Notes: generated by a model not told the origin, from the sequence alone. 63,251 nucleotides of DNA, filler included, from Octopus bimaculoides (GCF_001194135.2; 5 parts of 5 records of this genome joined end to end with filler, not necessarily neighbours in it); one strand, 5' to 3'. Numbered from the whole stretch's first letter, positions 25,521-37,385 are shown. Translations and numbers: made by a program.

Positions 25521-26190
25521 CGGTTTCGATTACGAGAAGCTACTAGCAATTAATTATTCTATTTTTTACCCTTTTTATGTNNNNNNNNNNNNNNNNNNNN
25601 NNNNNNNNNNNNNNNNNNNNNNNNNNNNNNNNNNNNNNNNNNNNNNNNNNNNNNNNNNNNNNNNNNNNNNNNNNNNNNNNNNNNNNNNNNNNNNNNNNNN
25701 NNNNNNNNNNNNNNNNNNNNNNNNNNNNNNNNNNNNNNNNNNNNNNNNNNNNNNNNNNNNNNNNNNNNNNNNNNNNNNNNNNNNNNNNNNNNNNNNNNNN
25801 NNNNNNNNNNNNNNNNNNNNNNNNNNNNNNNNNNNNNNNNNNNNNNNNNNNNNNNNNNNNNNNNNNNNNNNNNNNNNNNNNNNNNNNNNNNNNNNNNNNN
25901 NNNNNNNNNNNNNNNNNNNNNNNNNNNNNNNNNNNNNNNNNNNNNNNNNNNNNNNNNNNNNNNNNNNNNNNNNNNNNNNNNNNNNNNNNNNNNNNNNNNN
26001 NNNNNNNNNNNNNNNNNNNNNNNNNNNNNNNNNNNNNNNNNNNNNNNNNNNNNNNNNNNNNNNNNNNNNNNNNNNNNNNNNNNNNNNNNNNNNNNNNNNN
26101 NNNNNNNNNNNNNNNNNNNNNNNNNNNNNNNNNNNNNNNNNNNNNNNNNNNNNNNNNNNNNNNNNNGAGCTAATTACCCTAAACACTAGG

Positions 26191-26232
<42 letters not shown>

Positions 26233-26274
26233 GTACGCACGCGCACACAGAATACATACATACACTCACACATA

Positions 26275-26420
26275 TGACGGGCTTCTTTCAGTTTCCGTCT
26301 ACCAAATCCAATCGCAAAGCTTTTTCAGCCCGCGGCTAAAGTAGAAGGCACTTGCTCAAGGTGCCGCGTCGTGGGATTGAACACAAACTACATGTTTCGG
26401 GAAGCAAGCTTCTTAAGCCC
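26275..26420 (-). mobile_element. SINE family A head
   Basis: GACGGGCTTCTTTCAGTTTCCGTCTACC..GGATTGAAC. Confidence 0.8.
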
Positions 26421-27326
26421 TCAACCTCCGCTTAGGAGTAAAGAATTGTCAGAATATGGGTGAGAGTCCTGATTAAATAACTAGTCACTCAACAAATCAA
26501 AGAAAAAAGCTTTTAAACTCTTGACCAACTAGAAGTAGCAGTTAAATTACCCCCAAAAGCACTCTTCCAGCTAAAAAGGAATGTTGGATTATGTGATCTC
26601 GAGTTCCTAACTTGCATACAAAGTGGAAGAAGAAGGAAATGGTCACGACTGGATTGGTTTTGATCATAATCTGCTCGATCGACGATACTCTGGAACACCG
26701 TAAACACGATCGGCAAGATGAACATGAAGTCCTTATTTCGAGGAACTTGATGAAGGTGGAACTACCTCTTAGCTACTATTCCTAGGTCTACTCTGACCCG
26801 GTGTAGTAGCACCCGTATATCCACCTTTGGGCTAATTAGCATTTTATGGCTTGCCTACCTATGCATTTGAAGACTGGATCCAGCGGACTCTGCGGAAGAA
26901 ACCTTCATGGTTCAACAGAGGCGAAGGCAGTATCTGCAGCAACGTATTGTGGAGTGCACAGAGCAAGATGAGACAAGTAAGACATCTTGGGCACCCGCAG
27001 TATACATCTCATTTCCCGGTTATCTGGACCTGGTCTTGCCACGGGGTTGAAGATGGTCACGACCAAGACCGAGAGGTTGACGCTGCGCAACTCTTCTTCA
27101 CTCTAAACAAAGTCATTGCGAAAGTCATCAGTCATGCTTAAGGATGACTAGATAGTCCTTGGTGAACGAACAGGATACATATCACGAAGTGTCGAAATTG
27201 TGATGATATCTAGTCGATAACTGATGAAAGACTGAGCATGTTCAAGGCCATTGTGTGAGTTTATCAGGGTTTTTTTTTCAGTGTTCTCTTTTGTTATCAC
27301 CCTGTGCGACATTATCATTATTACTG

Positions 27327-27372
<46 letters not shown>

Positions 27373-27392
27373 TACTACTATTATTATTATTA

Positions 27393-27432
<40 letters not shown>

Positions 27433-27534
27433 CATGGTGTGTGTGTGTGTGTGTGTGTGGGTGTGTGTGTGTAGGTGTGTGCATGTGTGTGTGTGTATGC
27501 GCGCGCGTGTGTGTGTGTGTGTGTGTAATGTATG

Positions 27535-27565
<31 letters not shown>

Positions 27566-27594
27566 ATATATCTATGTGTGTCTGTCTTTGTGTC

Positions 27595-27790
27595 TGTCTT
27601 TGTCGCTCACCACCGCTTGACAGCTGGAGTTGGTGTGTTTACGGCCCCGTAAACTGGCGGTTCATCAAAAGGACCGATAAAATAAGTATCAAATTTTAAA
27701 AAATAAGTCCTGGAGTCGATTTCTTCGACTAAAACCTTTCGAGGTGGTACCGCAGCATGGCTACAGTCATATGACTGAAACAAGTAAATG
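27595..27790 (+). mobile_element. SINE family A 3' tail, preceded by (TG)n/(TATG)n
   Basis: CGCTTGACAGCTGG..GGTACCGCAGCATGGCTACAGTC. Confidence 0.8.
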
Positions 27791-28589
27791 ATAGAAGATA
27801 TACATACACACGTAACTTCATCATTGTCTGCCAGCACTGAACAAGTTTTAATGAGTCCAAAACAAATATGAAATTGTCATTGTACTACACGTTGCTCACA
27901 TTTTATTCCTAATTAACTCTTATTAATTAAAATCTCAATGTTGCCTCCCATTCTTTTCATGGCTAGAATTACTCATTAAGCTAAGAATTTTAACAAATAA
28001 AAATGTCTTGCCTCACTGCATTAAGTACTTTAGCGCCAACTTCAGTATCTGGATTTCATGCAGTGTGCACCCCTGGGTGTTTTTGTCAAGTACCTTAAAG
28101 AAACAAATGAATATGACTAATAGTTATTTAAGCTAATGTAGTCACTCGATCAGTGAGAAATAATAGCTACATTTCACTCAAAGCATACCAGGATCATCTT
28201 AGAAAGAATACATTGGCTAATGTAATTATAAATGCACTGTGAATAAAATATAGGATCGGATGATCTTATCAGGAAGGTCTTTGACCATAAATATGCTTAA
28301 TCAATGCTGATCTGGGGTCAAAGAACAACTACAATGATTTACCCATATTAAGATAAGACTCTCTACTTTGGGGATATAAATCAAATCTGAGTTGGTTGTA
28401 TATTTCATTACTTACACACAGTAAGCGCTAATATACCAATTATATATTTGATTGTTTTCAATTAATTATAGCTCCCCCTCTTCTTCCTGCTCCCCTCCAA
28501 GTTATTTAAACTAAGTACAGGAAATCACTATTTCTTTTGTTTAAGTCATTAATGGAAGCAAAATGATGTAGCAGATAACACCTAATTGA

Positions 28590-28920
28590 ATTAACAGATC
28601 ATGGGTAGTCGTTTGAAATACGCTACAGATGCCAATGAGACATAGAAGAATAGTGTAACACTCGAAAGAAAGCTAGACGTGTTCTGCCAAATATGCGTGA
28701 AAAGGATTCTGAGAACGTACTGACAAGATCGCACAGCCAATGAAAGAGAGCCAACATATGAACACTTAACAAAATCGTCAGAGATCGAAGATTACAAGTA
28801 TTGGGTCATTTACACTGGCTACAAGAACAACGCCATTCTAAAACAGCTTTCAAATGGACACGATCGGAGGGGAGAGAGGAAGGCCGAACACTACATGGCA
28901 CTGAACATTCATAACCGACT
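28590..28920 (+). mobile_element. RTE-clade RT C-terminal relic
   Basis: Broken frames: LERKLDVFCQICVKRILR..IVRDRRLQVLGHL..GRPNTTW. Confidence 0.6.
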
Positions 28921-29009
28921 CTAGGGAGGGGCCAATATCACATAGTTCATTTATTCACAGCTGGTGTTTTTTTTTTATTTCTTTCTTGATGATTCGGTGT
29001 TATTATTGT

Positions 29010-29495
29010 TTAATTAAATAGCCGGCAAACTGGTAGAAACATTAGCAGCATTTCTTCAAGGCCTTTATGTCTTGAGGGCGGCGAGCTGGCAGACTCGTTA
29101 GCACACCGGGCAAAACGCTTAGCGGCGTTTCGCACGTCTTCACGTTCTGAGTTCGAAGTCCGCCAAGGTCGACAAGCACCAGTTGAACACTGGGATCGAT
29201 GTAATCGACTTGTCATCACTTTCCCCAAGCTGCCCTTGTGGAAAAAAAAATTTGAAATAATTATTATTATCGTTATTTAGGCGGTCAGCTGGAAGAATTA
29301 TTAACAGACCGGGCAAATTGCTTAGCAATATTTTGTCCGTTGCTACGTTCTGAGTTCAAATTCCACCGAGATTGACTTTGCCTTTCATCCTTTCGAGCTC
29401 GATAAATTAAGTACCTGTGAAACACTGGGGTCGATGTAATCAGCTAGTCCCCTCCCTCAAATTTCAGGGTTTGTGCCCTTAAAAGAAAGGATTAT
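29010..29495 (+). mobile_element. Two tandem family B SINE copies
   Basis: GGCGGCGAGCTGGCAG at about 29076 and GGCGGTCAGCTGG at about 29280; core GACTTTGCCTTTCATCCTTTCGAGCTCGATAAATTAAGTACC. Confidence 0.85.
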
Positions 29496-29835
29496 TATCA
29501 TTATTATTGCTTTACTTCTCTGAACGCTCAGTCTTGTTTGTTCTGGTAGATTCTGTGAGAGCGGACAGCAGCCTTCTGTCAGAGGTCTCACAGGATCTCT
29601 TTCCGGACATTATAAGCTTTGATATTTGGTTGTTAATTATCGTGGGAGACATTCAACGTCCAAGTACCAATCTCAAAATTCCAAAGAAGTGAGATGTGAT
29701 CCATTTTCAAACACTGGAGGTGGTTTGTGTCCCCACTAGTTTTTATCATGGGGCAAGTTCAAGTCTTTGCGAAGTTCAGGTCTTTGCAAGCTTTCTTGAC
29801 AATAGAATGTGATTTTTTGCTGCTTTCATGTTTGT

Positions 29836-29983
29836 AGCGCGGGCTACTAACCCCAAGATTCCGAGTTCGATTCCATGTAGTGACCTGAATAACAATAATA
29901 ATAATAACATCTAAAAATACTTTAGGAATGAGAACCCAGGTTCGAACTTTCCCCAAGACACCTGATGAAGGCTTGAGGGTATA
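29836..29983 (+). mobile_element. tRNA-hammerhead SINE, copy truncated at both ends
   Basis: B box GAGTTCGATTCC, (AAT)n, then GACAC-CTGATGA-AGGCT.., ending in the stem II loop where the R4 (TAA)n tail begins. Confidence 0.75.
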
Positions 29984-31206
29984 TTATTATTATTATTAGT
30001 ATTATTATTATCCAGTAGTCTTATTTTTATCACGTACTTTCAATGCACTACCAAGCACAGCTCCGTGTGCCTTGGGTATGTGCTGTGGTTTGTTGAAGTG
30101 TTCTCATTTTTACTGTATTGAAAGTGTTTTACGTGGGATGTGCGCGGTGCCTAGTAGTGCTATTTTCTCTATGTTATATATACTTATTAGTCCTGGTGTT
30201 TTTGTTATGTATTTGTCTGAATATTTTTTTATCATACCTAATGCGCCTACAATAACAAGAATTTTTCTGTTTAGACTCCACATTCGATTTAACTCTATAT
30301 GCCGATCTTTGTATTTTGAAAGTTTCTCTTTTCCTTTTAGAGAAACATTGTCATCTGTTGGTATTAATACATCGATTAGAAAGTATTTCTTTCCTTGATG
30401 ATCTCTGACAACTATATCAGCTCTATTGGGCATAATTTCTTTATCTGTGTGTATTGGCATATCCCAGAGTATGGTTGTTTCCTCATTTTCTGTGACCATT
30501 TCTGGGGTGTGTCTATACCATCTTTTTTCTGTTGTTATTCCATAGTGTTGGCATAGCTTCCAGTGTATACAGATCCCAACTCTGTTGTGTCTGTGAATAT
30601 ATTCCTTCTTAGCCAGGACTGGGCAGCCAGAGACAATATGATTTATTGTTTCTTCTCCATCAGCACATATTTTACAGTTACTTGTATTTCTTTTCACTAC
30701 GTGTTTTTGGTGATTTCTGGTGGGCAGGCTTTGATCTTGTGCTGCAATTAAAAATTCTTCACTCTCTGCTTTGAGTCCTGAGCTTCTCAGCCGTTGTTCG
30801 GATTTTGCTTTGTCTATTTCTTTTCTGTTTAGTTTAACTCAGTATTTGCCATGAAAGGGCTTTTCTTGCCATTGTTTTATCATGATCCGTTGCTGTTCCA
30901 ATTTTAGTTTGGATTTCAGTTGTTTTACAGCTTTTGTTTTTTCTTCTTTTTTTCGTAGCTGTTAGGTACTATGACTTCTTTTTGTATTTGTCAGCTTCAT
31001 TAAAGACTGGAAACTGTTTTTTTTTTGTTTTGTTCGTATTTTGTGGCTATTTGCATTAGTTTTCCTTGCTTCTGAGGTAGGTATTTATGTATTTCTGTAG
31101 TTATTTTGTAATAGATTTCTAGCTGTATAAGGCCTCTACCACCTTCTATACGTTATAATATAACCTTTCTATGTCAGATTTTGGGAGGTGCATCCTAAAG
31201 CCTGCC

Positions 31207-31465
31207 CACGGACATATGGCGTAGTGGCTAAGAGCACGGGCTACTAAGCCCAAGATTCCGAGTTCGATTCCAGGCAGTGATCTGAATAATAATAATAATA
31301 ATATTTTTATTAGTCACATCGAAAAATACCTTAGGAATGAGAACCCAGGTTCGAAACTTCCTCCAAGACTCCTGATAAAGGCTGGAGGGTATATCAGCCG
31401 AAACGTTGTGTTAACAACAAACAAGACGAAGACAAATATCCGTCAAAATGTAAATAATGTAAATA
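31207..31465 (+). mobile_element. Complete tRNA-headed SINE carrying a minimal type I hammerhead motif
   Basis: A box TGGCGTAGTGG 31217, B box GTTCGATTCC 31262, hammerhead 31367-31412; interrupts the R4 ORF cleanly with no TSD. Confidence 0.8.
31367..31412 (+). ncRNA. Hammerhead ribozyme-like motif (type I, minimal stem III)
   Basis: CTGATAA (CTGATGA in the sibling)-A-GGCTG/CAGCC stem II-GAAAC-GTT-GTGTT; stem I GAC(A)C/GTGTT. Confidence 0.7.
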
Positions 31466-34126
31466 ATTATTTTTCTTGTTTTCCTGTCTATTTTGATTTG
31501 TTCATTTAGAGTCCAGTTAAGAATATTGTATCTGTAACTTATAACTGGGACGGCTAGAGTGTTGATATTATTGCAGTAAAGGCTCTGTAAATTGTAGGGA
31601 GACAAGTAATCGGTCTGTAATTTTGTGGGTTTGTCGTTTCGGTGGATATGGGAAATAGGATAGTTTTCCCTTCCGTGAGCCATTCCGTGAGGCATTGTTC
31701 TGGCCTGCAAGTATTTCGCTAAATTTCTCAGTCAGCTTTTTATGTGTTCCTGCTAGGTATTTTAACCAGAAGTTGACTATCCTGTCGTGCCCGTGCCTTC
31801 GACTTGCTTAATTTTTGCAGTGCCTGGGTGACCTCCTCAGTTATCATAGGGGTCCAGAGTTGTTCAGGTGATGTGTTCGTTGTTTTGATAGATCTTTGCT
31901 TAGGTTGTTCCTTCGCCGACCATATTTCTTTCCAAAATTCTTCCACTTCTTCTGCTGTTGGTGCTGCATTGATNNNNNNNNNNTCTTTTGGGGTTGGAGC
32001 TGAACTGTTTTCTTTTTTGTTGTTCAGAGAAACGTTGGCGTTCCTCATACAGGTGGATTGTTTGTGCTTTGGCGAGGATATCTTACTTTGTCGGTTCCTT
32101 TACCTCAGGTACACCTTGTTCTGTAATTTTGTATTTATGTAGTATTTTTCTTCCTTTCTTGTTGCTTAGTACTGTTGATTGTCTACTAGTTTCATTAAGG
32201 ATTGACAGATCCTTTCTCTTATTCTCTATTTTTTCTGGATATCATTTATCCACAGGTTTTGTTTGGGTAGTGATTCTCCTGTTTAGATGGGTTTTAGTGA
32301 GCATCAGCTTCTTTTGTGGCCACAAAGGCTATTGCATATATTATATCATTTAGCCTGGTCATATTGGCATTTGTTTCTGTGGCTATAAGTTCTGTGGCGG
32401 CCAGGTTCATGCTATTTTTTATTGATGTTTTATTATCAATTTTAATTTTTAGAGTATCATCAATCATTAGTTTCACCTCTGTTTCCTGGTTTTAGATTTG
32501 TTTCGTATTCCCTCCCGTTCATATTTTTGTCTGAAGTGCTCTGATTTGGTGCATTTTGCTCATCATTATACATTTCTAAGGTTTGAACTTGTTGTCTTTC
32601 GTTGTTTACTTCGTTTTTGTTGAACATGTTACGTCTGTCTTCGTATTTTACAGTCCCAGTGCTTATGATATTGTTTGGCATTGCTGTGTGGTTACTATCT
32701 ACGTTTTCCTGATGTATTTTTCCTTTTAAGTGTTCTATTTCTGATATTTTTTTGTTTTTTGTTTTAAGAATATATCTCCGCATGTTAGCTAGTTTATTAG
32801 GGTTCATTGATGTATCCGAATCTTTATCTAGGCTATTTTTTTTCTAGATTTTATGTGTATATGTTTTCGTTCTATGTGTAGAACACTGATGTAAAATAAG
32901 CGTGTAGGATTGAAATATATTCCTCACGTGTTCATTTATGCTTTTTTGATTTTATTTGCGGGACAGGAGGAATAATGTCCGGCCCTTTATTTTGTTGGTC
33001 ATCATTTTCGTAGAGTGCCGATCCGTTCATTTCTGGTGTTAAATGGTTTTGTACGTGTAGTTTTTCGTACTTTTTGTGTAACAAGTTTAAAGTACGTACT
33101 TCCAGTTTGTTATCCTTGGGTTGAATAATACGGATATTATTTAATTTCTTTTTCTTTTTTTTTTTTGTGCATGATGGTTGGGGACGGAAATAGTCTGATG
33201 TTGATTGGATCGTAATGTGGCGAACATGTTTACACGTGTTGTGCGGGTGATGGAGATGATACACAATTAAAATACATCATTTCATTTGGAAAATAGAAAT
33301 AAATTTTAATGAGTATTAGTCTGATATANNNNNNNNNNNNNNNNNNNNNNNNNNNNNNNNNNNNNNNNNNNNNNNNNNNNNNNNNNNNNNNNNNNNNNNN
33401 NNNNNNNNNNNNNNNNNNNNNNNNNNNNNNNNNNNNNNNNNNNNNNNNNNNNNNNNNNNNNNNNNNNNNNNNNNNNNNNNNNNNNNNNNNNNNNNNNNNN
33501 NNNNNNNNNNNNNNNNNNNNNNNNNNNNNNNNNNNNNNNNNNNNNNNNNNNNNNNNNNNNNNNNNNNNNNNNNNNNNNNNNNNNNNNNNNNNNNNNNNNN
33601 NNNNNNNNNNNNNNNNNNNNNNNNNNNNNNNNNNNNNNNNNNNNNNNNNNNNNNNNNNNNNNNNNNNNNNNNNNNNNNNNNNNNNNNNNNNNNNNNNNNN
33701 NNNNNNNNNNNNNNNNNNNNNNNNNNNNNNNNNNNNNNNNNNNNNNNNNNNNNNNNNNNNNNNNNNNNNNNNNNNNNNNNNNNNNNNNNNNNNNNNNNNN
33801 NNNNNNNNNNNNNNNNNNNNNNCATATTAGCATCTATCCACCCTTTCATCCATACAACCATCCATCCATCTATCCATCCATCCATCCATACATACATACA
33901 TACATACATACATTCATACATACACACATTCAAACATACATACATACATACATACATGCATAAAGCTGTGCTGACAACTCAAGAACATACATACACACGC
34001 ATACATACATGCATACATACAAACATCCATACATATTTACGTACGTACGACGTATTCACATATGTATATATGTATGTGTGTTTATATGTATGTCCGTATG
34101 TGTGTGAGGGAGCTTTGTTGCATTTA

Positions 34127-34203
34127 ACGCGAAACTAGGCTGAGTCGACAAAAAGGGACAACAAAGGTATCAAAAGTAACAATGGTGTTTGTGATACAAA
34201 ATG
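34127..34203 (+). promoter_or_regulatory. Putative housekeeping promoter (E2F-like and YY1-like motifs)
   Basis: ACGCGAAA at 34127-34134; AAAATGGCAG overlapping the ATG at 34201. Confidence 0.3.
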
Positions 34204-34231
34204 GCAGCAAACAAACGTAGCTTGTTTATCG
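34201..34231 (+). CDS. First coding exon MAANKRSLFI(G) of an RRM protein, PPIE/cyclophilin-33-like
   Basis: 31 coding nt then G|GTATGT; resembles PPIE MATTKRVLYVG with, from memory, the same phase-1 intron position; later exons not found in the window. Confidence 0.4.
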
Positions 34232-34351
34232 GTATGTTTACACATGGTTCGATTCCATTACGTGATCCCGTTCACTTTTTTTTCCACCCCATTCTGTGCA
34301 TGTGAATGTATTTAAATCTTTACCATCCATATTATATCACTCACACACACT

Positions 34352-34404
<53 letters not shown>

Positions 34405-34710
34405 TAAGTTTCCGACCACAGTCATTTTCTGGAGGTCTACTGAGGCGGTTCTTTTAAGAAACAAAACAATGTAAGAAAAAAGGTTTACAAAGACGAATTC
34501 GTTCAAACAACAAACAATTATTTCCTACATATATTTTGTAGTGTGTGCATTTTCTTGGTGAGACTTAGAATTTGTTGTGTACTTTCCATGTTGTTTTGGG
34601 TATATCATATTATGTTTACGGAGTTCGTTTGTGAGAAGTGTATCCCTCGGCTGCAATCCTTTGGGAACGTGTTATACTCCACCGGAATGTGTTCCGAATA
34701 CTCTGTGTGC

Positions 34711-34758
<48 letters not shown>

Positions 34759-34892
34759 GTATAGTGTGTGTATATGGATATGAATATCTGTATGCATATC
34801 TCTCTGCATGTATATATATATATACATATTCTTTTTTTTTTGTCGAAAAGGCATAAAGAAAATGAAAGGAGGCTGATAGATAGATAGATAGC

Positions 34893-34925
<33 letters not shown>

Positions 34926-35431
34926 GGATGGATGGATGGATAGATAGATAGATAAACTTCATAAACTTTAATCTCTAGATACTGTGTATGACACGTGTTA
35001 TTAGTCCCAACCATCCTTTCAATTATTTCTTTACTAACTTTATTTTCAACTGTATTTATCTAAAACATATGTAGGCAACGTATTCGGTACACAAAAAAAC
35101 AAATTTGTGTGTCTTGTGAGATTATTTGTTACTTTATAAAACATGTTTTCCTGCCGGCGATAATTGGAAGGTAAACATATATACGCACATGCTCGTACAT
35201 ACATAATACAAATATACGCATATATACAAACACTCGCATATTCTTTTATACAAACATACATAGTCATATGTGTAAACAACTGAGAAATAATTATCAGTTA
35301 TAATAAATTTAAAACAAATATTGCTTTATTTTTAAATCGCTAGAAATGGCCTCTCTTTGAAATATTTTGTTAGCGAAAGCTTTCTTCCGACTGACTTGGT
35401 CCTAGTTACGCTGCATTTACCCCCCACTTAC

Positions 35432-35576
35432 CATTGTAATGACATGTTTGTCTATTAAAGACATCATCCATATAGTGTCCTCGCTGCAGGCCACAAACTA
35501 AGCAGTATTATCAAGTCCTTCTTCCCCAGACCGTTGTCCCTCTAGAATCCTCTTTCTGTGTGCATGTTTTTCGCGC
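35432..35576 (-). CDS. Candidate first exon of a minus-strand transcript (MDDVFNRQTCHYN.. from 35471)
   Basis: Strong donor ATG|GTAAGT at 35432/35431; E2F consensus TTTCGCGC at 35569-35576; product unrecognised. Confidence 0.3.
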
Positions 35577-36414
35577 AGCTGTCAACTTTTAGTCGTTTAA
35601 GAGGAATATAACCTCACCGTTCTCGAAAGGCAAGCGAAGACCATTCTTCAACTTCTTCTTTCAAACTAAACCAATAAATCATTTTGTTTTATTAATTATT
35701 ATCGCCAGAAGCAGTATTAATACCAAAAGGTAATCGTTATATCCAACTTAACATAGATGTCTTGTTTCTAACAAGACACGCTAAATCCTGCGTTATTAGC
35801 CTTGAGAGATTCTCTCATATAGGCGCTTGGGACATAAAAGCACACACATAGATCGTAGCAGGTTAGAATTGTCTCTCATAGGCGCCGGAATTTCTATATC
35901 GCGTAATTTCACTCTAATGGAAATCATAAGTAGGAAGCGTTTGGTCATCGCACGCCAGTTAAATCCAGCTGCTATGATATATAGAATATCAGCATCTTTT
36001 CAGACACTGATGTAACAAATAGCCAGTAGGCTTAAACCTCTCGAGGCTATTAACGCAGTATTCGTTGTTCTAACAAGACAGCCACGTTAAGTTCGATATA
36101 AAAATTGCTTTATAATTAACTAAAAAATGAGATTTTAATCCATTAGGACTAGAATTAGAGATAGCATTCATTAGACAGACAATGAGCTTTCTAATTCATT
36201 ATTTATTGTAACAGTGTCTGCTCATCAGTTGTATGTAGGACACTAGAGATGATGGTACGAATGAAATACTAGAGTGTACAGTCAGTGCAGGAATTCGACA
36301 TTTCTCATTTTCTCGGTGGTGATACAATTTTCAATGCAAAGGGGTGGGGAGATTTCTTAACACTGTAAAAGAAAATATCTAAAAATCGTAGTTGCTCAAC
36401 TTATTGAATCGTGC

Positions 36415-36650
36415 TGGACTGGAATAGCGCCAGAATAGAACCTCTAATAGAATATGGACTAGAATAGCGCCAGAATAGAACCTCTAATAGAATATGGACT
36501 GGAATAGCGCCAGAATAGAACCTCTAATAGAATATGGACTGGAATAGCGCCAGAATAGAACCTCTAATAGAATATGGACTGGAATAGCGCCAGAATAGAA
36601 CCTCTAATAGAATATGGACTGGAATAGCGCCAGAATAGAACCTCTAATAA
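36415..36650 (+). repeat. 40-bp minisatellite, about 5.9 copies
   Basis: GGAATAGCGCCAGAATAGAACCTCTAATAGAATATGGACT units start at 36421, 36461, 36501, 36541, 36581, 36621; near-identical, no spacers. Confidence 0.97.
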
Positions 36651-37179
36651 AATGGAAGAATCAAGGGGGACATTAGTGACGTCAGTTTCTTTAGTTTGCA
36701 GTGTTGTGTTCAAATATTTCCTTGGATTAGGACTATGAACCAATCTCTGGGTCTCTGAAAACGGTCATGAGTGCTGCTCTTCCATTTCTGACTAACATAT
36801 GCAAAATGAATAAATTAATAAATATATAAATAAATCGCACTGAGGTCGATTTCACTGTCCATTCTTCCAAGATCGGTAAATATAAGGACTAGTCACTCCG
36901 CTCCTAAACGTGTACCTTTCAGTCTTCTTTCTTTTTTTTCTTTAGTCTTTTACTGCTCTCAGTGACTAGCTAGTCTGTAATCGTTCTGAAGCTCTGCTTT
37001 CAAAGTTCATATCATCTCCAGCACAAACGACCGTGAAAGAAAATCCGGGAACTCTAAGCGTCAAAGGGGAGAAGTATACCAGCTACATACAGTAATATAT
37101 ATGCATATATGTATGTATATGATACATATATGTACATATTTATACACACATATATATGCTTATATATATGTGGCTGTGT

Positions 37180-37335
37180 GGTAAGGAGCCATGTTATTGG
37201 CTTCCCAATAACATGGTTCCGGGTGCAGTCGCACTGCGTCGCACCTTGGGCGAATGTCTTTTACTGTAGCCTCGGGCCGACCAAAGACTTGTGAGTGGAT
37301 TTGGTAGACGGAAACTGAAAGAAGCCCGTCGTGAA
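37180..37335 (+). mobile_element. SINE family A head
   Basis: TGGCTGTGTGGTAAGG..GGAAACTGAAAGAAGCCCGTCG followed by (TA)(TG)n and a gap. Confidence 0.85.
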
Positions 37336-37347
37336 TATATATATATA

Positions 37348-37385
<38 letters not shown>

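Larger units (their letters stand above)
29984..33280 (-). mobile_element. Long R4/Dong-clade non-LTR retrotransposon, dead, RT core deleted
   Basis: N-terminal NKLANMRRYI, APTAEEVEEFWKEIWS, NYRPITCLPTIY, INTLAVPVISY..NW, MHLPKSDIERLY, CCHC finger CKICADGEETINHIVSGC and RLE ILWDMPIHTDKEI..NRADIVV..LIDV; 3' UTR ends in (TAA)n. Confidence 0.9.

Noticed and set aside
25483-25579. Plus-strand ORF MAKRRGNWATGDYGFDYEK
   Set aside because: No good donor and no recognisable protein; the ATG is explained by the YY1 motif, and splice evidence favours the minus strand.
26851-27141. 96-aa ORF with RKKPSWFNRGEG, vaguely like a PLE GIY-YIG tail
   Set aside because: Similarity too slight to call; flanked by other repeat fragments.
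31211-31285. Possible tRNA gene (and similar A/B boxes in families A and B)
   Set aside because: No convincing acceptor stem or cloverleaf, and each continues into a SINE body.
36415-36650. CRISPR-like regular 40-bp repeats
   Set aside because: Units are head-to-tail with no unique spacers, there are no cas genes, and the context is eukaryotic.
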